Assembly (NCBI GenBank): GCA_965644315.1
Contig: CBFFRQ010000052.1
Coordinates: forward strand, 186,001-250,000
Direction of reading: 5' to 3'
DNA: 64,000 nucleotides
Source: Caecitellus pseudoparvulus
Taxonomy: Eukaryota; Protista; Bigyra: Bicosoecida
Shown: piece by piece, positions 13,501 through 22,276 of the stretch
Numbering within the stretch: position 1 is the first letter of the stretch
How the letters are laid out: the number at the start of each line of letters is the position of its first letter
Made by a program: the position numbers and the translations under genes
The notes under the pieces: generated by a model
What the model saw: the letters and a program-made list of their open reading frames with translations, nothing else
Told to the model about the DNA's origin: nothing
Database searches by the model: none

Positions 13501-15060
13501 GCAGCGGAGGAGGCGGCGGCCAACCCCACCCTGCAGTCGGTGTACCCGCCTGTCCAGGAGGAGGCTGCAGCCAAGCAGGCAGCCAGGCGAGGGCGAGGGG
13601 GGGGCAGCTCCCAGTCCCCCCCCTCGAACCGCAAGCGGCAGGGAGGGCCGGCGATCTCCGAGGAGGAGCCCGGCATCCCCGACGAAGACATGATCAAGCG
13701 CCAGCTGCCGCCGTTGCTGGCGGAGGAGGAGCGGGAGTGGTGGCAGCGCCGGCGGGAGGACACCGCCTCCGACGCCACAGAGGGCGGCACGGGGGACTGG
13801 GTGAACTCCTGGGCAGCGGCGGCAGAGGGGCCCCGGCCCGCCAGTCGGCTGAAGGAGGACGGCTCCCACACGGAGTACGCCAAGCCAGCGGGGATCCTCT
13901 CTGCCGCTGGCGTGACGCATGGCGAGAAGGAGCTGAAGGCTGCCTCGGCAGTGCAGGGCATGGCGCAACTGCGCCGCCTCTCCCAGCGCCTCTTCCGCAG
14001 CCTGGAGGCCATGTACAGTGGCTTGCCACTGGCTGCTGCGGGGAGTGACTCTGGCAGTGGTGGGCGTGGCGCCGCGTCTGGCGGGGGTGCCGGGGGCGGG
14101 GCGTCAGGGGGCAGTGATGGCGACGACGACAGTGGCAGGGGGGGGCAGCCCCGGGGCTGGTGGACTGTGCCGGATGGCAGTGGGAGTGAGGATGAGCGGG
14201 AGGTGGTGGATGCCATGGTGGAGCGCAGTGTGCACGGCAGCGAGTACGACGCCGTGTTCGGGGAGGAGGAGTACGACTACGACGACGAGGGTGGCGACGG
14301 CGACGGCAGCAGCAGGGCGCGGCACGGCGCCATCGTGGAGCGACACCTCATCATGGTGGATGCGCAGGGCAAGGAGACGGTGGTGCTGCAGGAGGAGGAC
14401 CAGGCGACCCGGGCGGCGCAGCACAAGCAGGCCATGCGCGAGGAGCTGCGGGAGGAGCCTCGTGGGGGTGGGCCCACCCTGGCCGACCTGGCGGCGTCCG
14501 CCGCTCGGGCAGCGGAGGTGGAGGAGGAGGCGCGCCTGGCCTCGGCGCAGGACCCGCTTGCCGCTCTGTACGGCACCAGCCTGTCTGAGCCTGGGCGGCC
14601 GGACCTGCAGCGGCACCAGGACCAGTGGTCAGGGGCGGAGGGGCTCGACCACGACGCGCAGCCCTCCGTGCGCCCCGTCCCTGACAAGCCCCTGGACATC
14701 GCCGCGGAGCTGACGAACATTGCATTGGGGCTGGAGGGCGACGATGGCCAGGCGCATGCGGAGGGCGTGGCAGCGGACCTGACGCCGCTCATGGGTCCGG
14801 GTGCCGCTCGGGATGCGGGGCAGGAGGTCGCAGACAGCCCAGCAGCCCAGCGCGTCGTGGGCACGTTGTGGAGCACAGTGCTGCCTGCCCTGCGCAGCGG
14901 CATCGCGCCCAGCCTCAGTGTGCCGTTGCCCAGCCATGTGCAGAGGCACTTGGAGGGGGAGGGGGGCGCAGGGGAGGATGACGCAGGCGCCGAGCGGCAC
15001 AACTTGCTGCTTGCCCTCATGGAGGGGGAAGGAGATGGGGAGGAGCCAGAGGAGGACTAG
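10531..15060 (+). CDS. Oxa1/YidC/Cox18-family mitochondrial inner-membrane insertase with very long low-complexity C-terminal extension (~1,509 aa)
   Basis: Presequence-like N-terminus. Motifs HDFTGLPWWATVVGGTFMLRMAVIP, GGMLWFQDLTLADPTYILP and LPAGLYMAW lie within about 10850-11530. The ORF stays open to 15060. Confidence 0.85.
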   Translation: MAVARQIFCARALSRRVLPRRLAPLLPGAQRCLSTAAPPGAADPSVYIEPTGPAEVAPAPPVKHPLFPSYEYHVGGDAPYPIFWLDPEGPWYPAVLKVAQAGASVLEHMHDFTGLPWWATVVGGTFMLRMAVIPISLFALRNASKAFDAQGDIKALMRSYQTAMANLGPTPPPLKRLALTRTLMKGIRAALHKANCFPWRTFATPLVHWPLLTTGALGARHLVLMGDESFETGGMLWFQDLTLADPTYILPALSILSSYAFMEYAYQTPVAGQKTAGAPAVLGARIVTNVRNFFQLWVMAMAPFTFELPAGLYMAWIAGTTWATLWVAFIRTDAAHRLVTGRPTPRHVAAEEDPLNMAGIPDAPGLGTAAPMPGTAVQRVMRAYDAAMERAAGVLVATLRRAGVGAAQRDSSSWAPASLHAEAGRVAAQLRRTSQAGAGPTPAMGASTPSGQLPRPSPAILGTEPGLAGMLPPHGSGSDDEEGGGSGAAPAGGGADGGGAGDGRGPTGHGLLHSRLRGAADDVTARRRAIRAAREAQDVALHAALDDAFQHVADMQASRASHVLHLLQVADLAPQPHPHLLQGMLHHPRSPEEPPTSPGPSSSSSSSLASAAGKLGSGVGAAVAHGVRLVAEAGSAAITGAGRGGVAVAGETPAAAVQAAASPAPRTARQVSEADKRRLAAEVKAALAAAKAKPVAADASRSADHKHTGGSGGGGGDPIPRFPAPGPEEPFVGFGRNGAGLRDTVRHLESRRTATEADMARIIASTILSGTPRATPPARSVLDALPPPAPQDPPASSSSHDATRGTDRAGRAYLDPERVYAEAKALARHVLSMDAPLTQPSQSQASQPAPTTGLAARRQLLEELGQAVDLQALSKPGVQQRSLQRLQVLMSVARETSKRTGVALPGAGDTAALARGEGARQAVEQGSPDALATQHSLTVTMAAAELATGILHDARRAVAASPPAAAPPSSKQGTRRQRRAARVKAQNAAYAAEEAAANPTLQSVYPPVQEEAAAKQAARRGRGGGSSQSPPSNRKRQGGPAISEEEPGIPDEDMIKRQLPPLLAEEEREWWQRRREDTASDATEGGTGDWVNSWAAAAEGPRPASRLKEDGSHTEYAKPAGILSAAGVTHGEKELKAASAVQGMAQLRRLSQRLFRSLEAMYSGLPLAAAGSDSGSGGRGAASGGGAGGGASGGSDGDDDSGRGGQPRGWWTVPDGSGSEDEREVVDAMVERSVHGSEYDAVFGEEEYDYDDEGGDGDGSSRARHGAIVERHLIMVDAQGKETVVLQEEDQATRAAQHKQAMREELREEPRGGGPTLADLAASAARAAEVEEEARLASAQDPLAALYGTSLSEPGRPDLQRHQDQWSGAEGLDHDAQPSVRPVPDKPLDIAAELTNIALGLEGDDGQAHAEGVAADLTPLMGPGAARDAGQEVADSPAAQRVVGTLWSTVLPALRSGIAPSLSVPLPSHVQRHLEGEGGAGEDDAGAERHNLLLALMEGEGDGEEPEED

Positions 15061-15546
15061 CCCAACTGGTTGCCTGCCAGCATCTCCTGCACCTCGTCCA
15101 ATGCAGCCTTGGAACGCCACAGGTGGATGTGGGCTGGCCACTCGCCCGCCAAAGGCAGCGTCCGCATGCTTTGGGCCGCTTCGTGAGCGGCGGCAGCGCT
15201 CTGGGCGAGGCGCTCAGCGGTGCGAATGGAGGCCACCTCTGCTTGGCTTGCGGCTTGCCGCAGCTGCTCCTGCCGAACGTGCAGAGCGTGCACCCGCGCG
15301 GACAGCGGCCCATCCAAGCACTTGCCCGCAGCCTCCAGTGTTTCTGCCAGCTCTGCTCGAAGTGATGCTGTGCAGTCGGCGTGGGGCGGGATGCTTGCAG
15401 CGCCAGAGCCAGAGGAGACGCCTGAAACGCCACCGAAACTACCGCGACGTACCCTCCCGCAACCTTGCTGCCTCCAGCTCAGATGCTGACGACGCAGCAA
15501 TGGCCTGAAGTGCAGCCTTGGACTGGGTGACGGACGACCGTTCCAT
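15057..15546 (-). CDS. BLOC-1 subunit 1 (BLOS1/GCN5L1)-like protein (~134 aa, 2 exons)
   Basis: Exons 15546-15453 and 15367-15057, with a GTACGT...CAG intron. The spliced helical protein aligns without gaps to my recollection of the BLOC1S1 pattern (L-x3-L-x3-V-x6-Q-x2-L ... W), but identity is low. Confidence 0.55.
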
Positions 15547-15761
15547 GGCTCGGCTCTCGGGGCCCGACGCAAACCTGACTGCCCGGAGTGCAGAAGTGGC
15601 TGGACTTCCTTGGCGCTGGTGAAATGCATTGGGAGCGGGATGCGGTGCCTGCACACCTGAACATGTGGCCTGCATCGCTTGAATCTGTTCACGAGGAAGC
15701 TGTTGGTGCCCCGGCGTGAAATGAGGGGCGTCCAACCAGCCCAACTGGGGGGGGGGGTGCT

Positions 15762-16658
15762 TCACCCCAGCAGAGCTGCCTGAACGGGAGGCTGCTCCAA
15801 GGCCACTGCCGAGGACAGCAGGCCCTCCAGTGCCTGTGTCACTGTGTCAATGTCAGCCTCTGGTGCTGCTGAAGTGGTGCCTGCGCCGCCTTCCGCGCTC
15901 AGCATGCCCGAGCGGGAGTCCAACTTCCAGCCCTGAGCCTGCAGCAGGGTGCAGGTGTCTGCCTCAGACAGGCCCAGCTTGGAAGCGGCGGCCTTGGTGG
16001 AGATGTTGGAGTATGCAGCCTTCAAGAGCGCCGCACTGCGTTGCTGCACGGCATCTGCACAGGGGCCGGCGGAGCGATGTGAAGCAGCCCGACAAGGCAC
16101 TAAGCACAGCACAGCGCAAGGCACGCACTGACGACAAGGTCCGCGACGACGCGCAAACTGCCACCCCATGTGGCTGACTGCATCGTGGCGAAGAAAGGGC
16201 CAGGCTGCCTGCAAGTCGTCGAAGGCGAGGGGGGCGTGGCTGCACCAGGCGTGGCAGCGCCGCCTACGGCGCAGCACGCACCTGAAGGCCAGCTGGCGGG
16301 CTGCCTCGCTGGCTGCAGCGATGGAGGGGTACTTCTCAATTTTACCAGCTGGGATGCGCTTGCACAAGAACTTTGCTGACATGCTGCGCCCGGGGCAGCG
16401 CAGGGAGGGAGCGGTGCGCCAGGCCACCACGCCAACGACGCATTCGCTTGCTTACAGGTCCCCTGCGTGAATGTAAGCGAGAATCTGCAAGGTGGTCCAG
16501 TTGGATAGGATAGCATCAGAGGTTGACTTGGGCGGGGAGAGCTCAGCCTCCTCAGTCACTGAGATCAGGTCCCCTGCGTCGGAGGTCTGGGCCAGCTTTT
16601 CCACAGCCAAGCGCACCCGGTCGCCCATGGGCACCGGCGCGGCAGCCCCCGCTGCCAT
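15762..16658 (-). CDS. COPS8: COP9 signalosome subunit 8 (CSN8/PSMD8/eIF3K family), 4 exons
   Basis: Spliced product contains LAYIHAGDLMSAKFLCKRIP, ATWGGSL and RSAALLKAAYSNIS...LGLS...QGWKLD, matching CSN8. Three GT-AG introns. Confidence 0.8.
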
Positions 16659-16798
16659 GACGACCAAGAGGCAGGATCACCGCTGAAAAGGCACACTTGA
16701 GCACTCGTGCAGCGTGCAGTTGCCGGCACAGGTTGAGAGGGAGGATGTGTTGTGCATTGGGGGAGCAGGTGCTCAGTCCACACTCGGGCATGTGCGCC

Positions 16799-17751
16799 TC
16801 AGGCCACCAGGCTCATGGCACCAGTGTCTGGGGCGACAGCCTTGGCCATGGTCTGTGCTGGGAGGCTGGGGTCTGCCAGCAAGGGGTCGATGAGAGCCTG
16901 CCACTGGCTGAGGCTCCAGTCTGCGCTGGCGTCGGTGAGGACGCCGTTGACAAAGAAAAACGGCGTGCCAGACACGCCCCGCGAGCAGCCATACTTCCAG
17001 GAGATGCGAGCGTTGTTGTTCAGGGTCGGGTCAGCGTAAGCATTGACAAAGGCCGAGGCAGACGCGCCGAAGGTGGTGGCGTACAGCTGCCCGAACTTGG
17101 CGTTCAGCTGGGCACGGGTGGCGTTGATGGAGTAGTCGTACCCGAAGCTCTCCTGGTTGGCGAAGACGGCGTCAATCCACTTCCACACGGCAGGGGCGCC
17201 CTGCAAGTGAGACACGATCTCCACGCCCTCGGCAGCAACCCTACGAAAGGGATGGGTTTGCAGGGGGGTGCTGTGCAGGTCTGGTCAGGCAGCGGCACGG
17301 CACGCACCAGGTGGCAGACAGGTGGTAGGGCAGGGGGAAGATGTGCTGGACGAATTGCACCTTGGCGGGGCCGTAGAAGGACCGCAGCTGGGAAGGCAGC
17401 AGGTCAGGCGGCGTGCAGGGCGGTGACGTCACCCGGCAGCAGCGCGGGTCTTGCTCCGGGCCAGCATGGGGGCACGCACAGCCTTCATGGTGGGGTTGGC
17501 TGCCCTGGAATCGGGGCACTGTGTGGAGAGCAGCGCGTGGGAGCGACCGTGCGGCGTGCACTGCGCCAGGGCACGCCAGGGAATCTGTGCCACGCCCCGC
17601 TCCGCACTGGACGCACCATGAGGTCGAAGAAGGCCTCCACCAAGATGGGAGCGTCAGCGTTGCCGATTTTCCAGCCGTCGTAACGTGCGGGGATGGGCGT
17701 CAGCTGCGCGGCTGCAACGGCTGCTGCAGCAGCGAGGACGAGGAGTCGCAT
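16799..17751 (-). CDS. Secreted DsbA-like thioredoxin-fold protein (CPDS active site), multi-exon
   Basis: Signal peptide MRLLVLAAAAAVAAA. Spliced sequence VEAFFDLM|CPDS, HIFPLPYH, WKYGCSRGVSGTPFFFVNG. Confidence 0.85.
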
Positions 17752-17759
17752 GTTGAGGC

Positions 17760-17768
17760 GCGGAAATT
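17760..17768 (-). promoter_or_regulatory. AATTTCCGC candidate core-promoter/5'UTR element 8 nt upstream of the DsbA-like ATG
   Basis: Similar sense-oriented motifs precede the ALG8, PPase, BEACH, KMO and Oxa1 starts. Confidence 0.4.
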
Positions 17769-18162
17769 GGGACACTCGCAGCACACTGTGCTGCGTGAAA
17801 GGTCTTTATGGAGCGAGCTCAGGCAAAGCGGGGCGGATGTGCGGTACGTTTGAAGTTCTTGGTGTTTGTGTTTGTCTGTTTTACTTCACTGTGCCTATGC
17901 CACTTGAAAACGCGTTCACGCTCAGTTTCAACTTAGCCCTGCCTTCTTCCACAGCAGAATTTCCGGCTACAGCCCTCTAGCCTGAATCGAATGCCAAAAT
18001 TGACTGCACGACCCCGCCCACAACGCGACTTTTCGCGCCTGGCTCCACTGCACACACCACGAACTGCTCTGGCTCTGGCACAGGCGCCCAGCATCCAAAG
18101 GAGCTTGTGAGCGCACCGACGCCTGCCGCTGCAAGTGTGTATTGCGGCTCGGGGACGTCGTC

Positions 18163-19147
18163 ATGAGCGAGGGGGTCAGCGCATCTGAGGCCACTGTGGC
18201 CTTGGCCAAGTCTGTGATTCGACTGCCGTTCATCGGCGAGGAGTGTAGGTTGCGCGATGTGGTGCGGTAATTGCAGGGTGCGCACGATCTCTGGGGCTGC
18301 TTGCGCGCAGTCGACGTTGAGGCCTTCAGCGCAGCGGCCAAGGCAGCCCTGAAGGGCAAGGACTCCCTGGATGTGAACAAGGAAGAGTTCAAGGCTGTGT
18401 TTGTCGGTGAGTGTTGCGGCGGCAAGGCAGTGAAGGCGGGCAAGGTGCGACACTGAGCTGCCGTCTTGCCTTGCAGAGTTGGGCGTGGAGACTGAAATTG
18501 TGCCTCCCGAGCCAGAGCAGCCAGAGAGCAAGGGAGGGGAGGACGGTGAGAGTGAGGGCGAGGAGGAGGGTGAGGAGGAGAAGGAGGGCGAGGAGGAGGG
18601 CGAGGAGGAGGAGCGGGAGCCGACGCCCGAAGTGCCGAAGGAGTACACATTCGTCAGCGAGGCGCTGTGGAACCTGTTCGACAAGGACAACGTGGGCAGC
18701 GTGTGCTTGCCCCAAGTGGTGGCTTCCCTGGCGCTCTTCAAGGGCGGCTATGGCCCAGATGCCCTGCGGGCAGCCCTAGCGGCGTACGACGTGGCGGACG
18801 GCGGTGACGCTGACGAAGGTGCAGTGTGGGCGGCTGTGCAGCTGGCTGCGCCCAAGCCCCTGACTGGCCAGCAGCTGACGCACATTCGCCGGGCGTGGCG
18901 CGCAGCGGAGAAGACGGGGCAGGGTGAGGAGGAGGAGGAGGAGGTGGACGAGGAGGAGGGTGAGGGCGAGAGCAAGGGCGGGGGGGAGGAGGACGGCCCG
19001 CCGCCGCCGCCCAGAGTCATCATTGACAGCTTCATGGACTGCGTGTCAGGGGATGAGTACTTGGCCACTGTGCTGTGTGAGCCTGTGCCCATTCCGCTGG
19101 AGGACCCTGAGACGAGTGATGTGCCAGATGATGAGGATGATGAGTGA
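18163..19147 (+). CDS. Acidic EF-hand protein (calcineurin-B/recoverin-like fold), 3 exons
   Basis: EF-like loops LWNLFDKDNVGSV and AYDVADGGDAD, plus two Glu/Gly-rich runs. Introns have GTAGGT (~18245) and GTGAGT (~18407) donors. Confidence 0.6.
18536..18613 (+). repeat. Imperfect GAG-rich (Glu/Gly) coding microsatellite
   Basis: gaggaggagggt/gagggc-type units inside the EF-hand gene. A second run lies at about 18925-18968. Confidence 0.6.
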
Positions 19148-19418
19148 GGTGATGGGCGCGTGCTGGCTTGCCCGCAGCGGCGAGCTTGGCACACCCCCTA
19201 CGGAACCACAATGAAGTTGACACGATACCTCACCCCTGCGCTGCCCAGCTTGCCGGCTGCACCACGCCGCTGCCGTGTGAGGCCGGACTGCGGAGAAGCG
19301 CCGGGAGCGGTTTTCGGCTGCTTTCCACTGGCCATTTGAACCCCCACCAGGGCCAACTGCGAGGCCTGCCCTGCGCCCGACCAAGGGGCCTAAGGAAACC
19401 AAGCGCCCTGTGCCAACC

Positions 19419-22010
19419 ATGCAGGCCTTTGAGTGTGCAGTGCGGTGCCTGCAGGCGCTGGCGGAAGTAGAGGAGGCCTGGTGGCGCACTGAGGTGTTGG
19501 CTGTCGCCGATGGCATGGCCAGGGATGCCGTGCACGCGCCGCCGTCCAAGCCTCGCACGGCATCTCAAATGGACCATCGTCACGGGCTGAGGGGCATGAA
19601 GCGGCGGCGCACGGCGGGCGTCCTGCACCTGCCCTTGTCCACTGTTCCTACACGCCCTGCGGCCAGTGCAACTGGCCAGGCGGCGGCGGCGGCCAGCAGC
19701 AGCAGGAGCAGGCGCAGCCGGAGTACAAGAGACACGGCAGAGACCAAAGACACACCCCAACAGGCAGTGCAGAGCGTCAACCTTCGGGGCGGCGGCGATC
19801 CAGTGCGCTACTCTGCATTGGTTGCGTTGCTGACTGCTGCCCGGCAAGCTGCACGCTCAGGAAACGCAGCGGTGGCGGGAGAAGGCAAACGCCTGCTGCA
19901 GAGCTTGGACCACGGCCTGGACTTGGAGGTGGGGGAAAAATCAGGCATTCCCATCATGTCAGCACCCGATGCAGCGGGTATGGAGCAGGTTGTAGGCGCG
20001 TTGCGCCGTGAGCTCCTGGGCGGCACGCAGCCATCACCAGCGGCTTCACCGCACCGCGGGTCACCAGGGACTCCGGCGCCGCCAACGCCCTCGACACCTG
20101 ATGAAGTGACGGCTGTGGAGGTGCCACCCCACGTCCTAGCCTCAAGCACAAGTGAGGGCCGCCTGAACCGGGCCGTGCAGGCCGCACTCGTGACCATGCC
20201 CCTGACCTGCGTGGAGGTGGTGGCGGGCGTGAACCCCTTGACACTGCCTGCCGGTGTGCGCTCAGCGGCCCGTCGTGCCCGGGATCTCACAGGGTCCGTG
20301 TTGGACCCCGACACTCTGGCTGTAGTGCGGGAGGTGCTTGCCGACGCCCCCTTTGCTTCCGCCCTCCTGCTGGTGCTGCCGCTGCTGCCGCTGCCCTGGC
20401 AAGGCCCTGTGGCGGCGGTGATGCAGCAGGAGGAGGCCGCCAAGACCAGCCGGCGACAGGGAACGCCTTCCACGACCCCCCTGGACATCGGCCGCGGCCT
20501 CTGCGACGCGCTCATGTGCTTGGGTATCGAGGAGCAGGGGTGGCAGGGCCTGTACAACCGCATACTCCTGGCCTCGGCAGCTGACAAGTGGGCGGCAGGC
20601 ACCGCTGGCATGCCGGAGCAGCCTCAGCTGTACCAGCAGCTGCTGTCCGTGCCTTGGCCCGCCGTCAGAGACCTGGGCACGACCCTGCTGCGGGGCATGT
20701 CAGAGGTGCTGACTCACACACGGTACCCACCCCCTGCCATCACCGCCGCACAGTGGCGCAAATGCCACGCCAAGCTGGAGCTGCAGGCTGCTGCTGGCCA
20801 ACACCTGTTGCAAGTCACAGAGGAGGGCAACGAGCTGCACTGCACCTCGGGCGTGCCCTCCCCTTCAGCGCTGCGCAGCGCTGTGCAGGGCGCTGCGCAC
20901 ACCCTCACCCTGCGCATGTCGGTGCTGCACAGTCTGGCTGCGCTCATGGCGCCGGCGCTGGAGGTGGGCTACCAAGACAACGGCGTCAGCGCGACGGCGC
21001 CACTGGACGTCATCAACGAGCGGCGTGCCGCGATGCTGGCAGAGCTGCGGGAGCAGGTCGTGCCACGTCTCGTTCGAGCGTGCACACGGAAGGGTGGCGC
21101 CACCTTCGGGTGGCTGGCGCGGCAGCAGCTGTTGCAGCGGGAGCTAGAGGCAGGTGGCGGGGTGTGGCTGGGGCCAGGCATCACACCCAGCTTGCTGCGC
21201 CTACCAGGAGGGGGCGAGCTGGTGTACCCGGGTGATGTGTGGGTGCTGCTGGGTGTGGCACGGTATGGTGTGGGGGCGTGGCATCGGGTGATGGCAGACC
21301 CTGTCCTGGGGTGTGTCTGGCGCCCCGCGCCCACTGTGCACCTGCTGCCCACCAAGCACTCCGTGTGCGTCCTGGGCAAGCTGGGCGAAGACCCCATGCC
21401 CGGCGAGACGAGTCTGGAGCTCCCCATGCATACGGAGGCGGTGGGGCCCGCCTTTGGCAGCCTGCCTGCCCGAGTGCACGCCGTGCTCTGGTCGGCCGTT
21501 GCCCACGCCGCTGATGCAGTGGTGCGCGCCAGTGCCGCCTCCAAGAGCGGCCCGCCTGTGCCCAGGTTCCTGTCCCCCCAGGACATTGTGCCCCACCCTT
21601 CCAAGCCGCAGTGGGTGCCGTGGTCGGAAGCCATGAAGGCGTTGTCGGGTCGGTTGGCGGCGCTGCGGGAGCAGTGGTCCCGCACCGTCGGCAAGATGGC
21701 GTCGGAAGGCTTGGACACGTCGGACCTGGCCATCATGGAAGAGGGCGTGATGCCCACTACCGCGAACAGCCCCCGCTACATGGCCTGTGTGGCGCGGGGC
21801 GGCGAGGCAGCGGCCAAGCTGCATGACTCCCTCTGCCACACCTGCCAGAGCATCAGCGAAGTTCAGCGCTGTGTGCACGACCAACGCCAAGGCCTGCACT
21901 TGCTGCACCGCCTGCGGGAGGCGAGGGAGGCGCGTGTGGTGAGGGAGGGCGGGCCACCGCCACCCTCGCCGCCGCCGGGCGCCATTCCCGCTGATTACCT
22001 CGGCCCTTGA
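19419..22010 (+). CDS. Hypothetical protein (~860 aa) with CHD-remodeller SLIDE-like motif
   Basis: Long ORF with DVWVLLGVARYGVGAWHRVMADPVLG at about 21234-21311. CAATGCA lies 8 nt after the stop. Start uncertain. Confidence 0.55.
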   Translation: MQAFECAVRCLQALAEVEEAWWRTEVLAVADGMARDAVHAPPSKPRTASQMDHRHGLRGMKRRRTAGVLHLPLSTVPTRPAASATGQAAAAASSSRSRRSRSTRDTAETKDTPQQAVQSVNLRGGGDPVRYSALVALLTAARQAARSGNAAVAGEGKRLLQSLDHGLDLEVGEKSGIPIMSAPDAAGMEQVVGALRRELLGGTQPSPAASPHRGSPGTPAPPTPSTPDEVTAVEVPPHVLASSTSEGRLNRAVQAALVTMPLTCVEVVAGVNPLTLPAGVRSAARRARDLTGSVLDPDTLAVVREVLADAPFASALLLVLPLLPLPWQGPVAAVMQQEEAAKTSRRQGTPSTTPLDIGRGLCDALMCLGIEEQGWQGLYNRILLASAADKWAAGTAGMPEQPQLYQQLLSVPWPAVRDLGTTLLRGMSEVLTHTRYPPPAITAAQWRKCHAKLELQAAAGQHLLQVTEEGNELHCTSGVPSPSALRSAVQGAAHTLTLRMSVLHSLAALMAPALEVGYQDNGVSATAPLDVINERRAAMLAELREQVVPRLVRACTRKGGATFGWLARQQLLQRELEAGGGVWLGPGITPSLLRLPGGGELVYPGDVWVLLGVARYGVGAWHRVMADPVLGCVWRPAPTVHLLPTKHSVCVLGKLGEDPMPGETSLELPMHTEAVGPAFGSLPARVHAVLWSAVAHAADAVVRASAASKSGPPVPRFLSPQDIVPHPSKPQWVPWSEAMKALSGRLAALREQWSRTVGKMASEGLDTSDLAIMEEGVMPTTANSPRYMACVARGGEAAAKLHDSLCHTCQSISEVQRCVHDQRQGLHLLHRLREAREARVVREGGPPPPSPPPGAIPADYLGP

Positions 22011-22276
22011 GCACGCACCAATGCAGATCACGGCACACATTTCCATTGTGGGACACCCGACTTGTGGGCCCCGCCTGCTAGCTTTGGGTGCTTACAGCAG
22101 GCGAGGCGTAGTCGCGCCAGCGGCAACCACCTCGCGCTGCCCCGAACACGCCCTGCTTGGGCCAGGCGTGTCACGCTGCTGTGTTGCGCCCGACCACGCC
22201 GCAGTCAGCGTGCACCAGCACCTGGAGGAAGCGCGCAGAGCGCTGCTAGAGGAGCGTCTTCATACCTGGCCTGGTC

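Noticed and set aside
15746-15757. Poly-G run downstream of CSN8
   Set aside because: Single homopolymer with no telomeric or repeat context.
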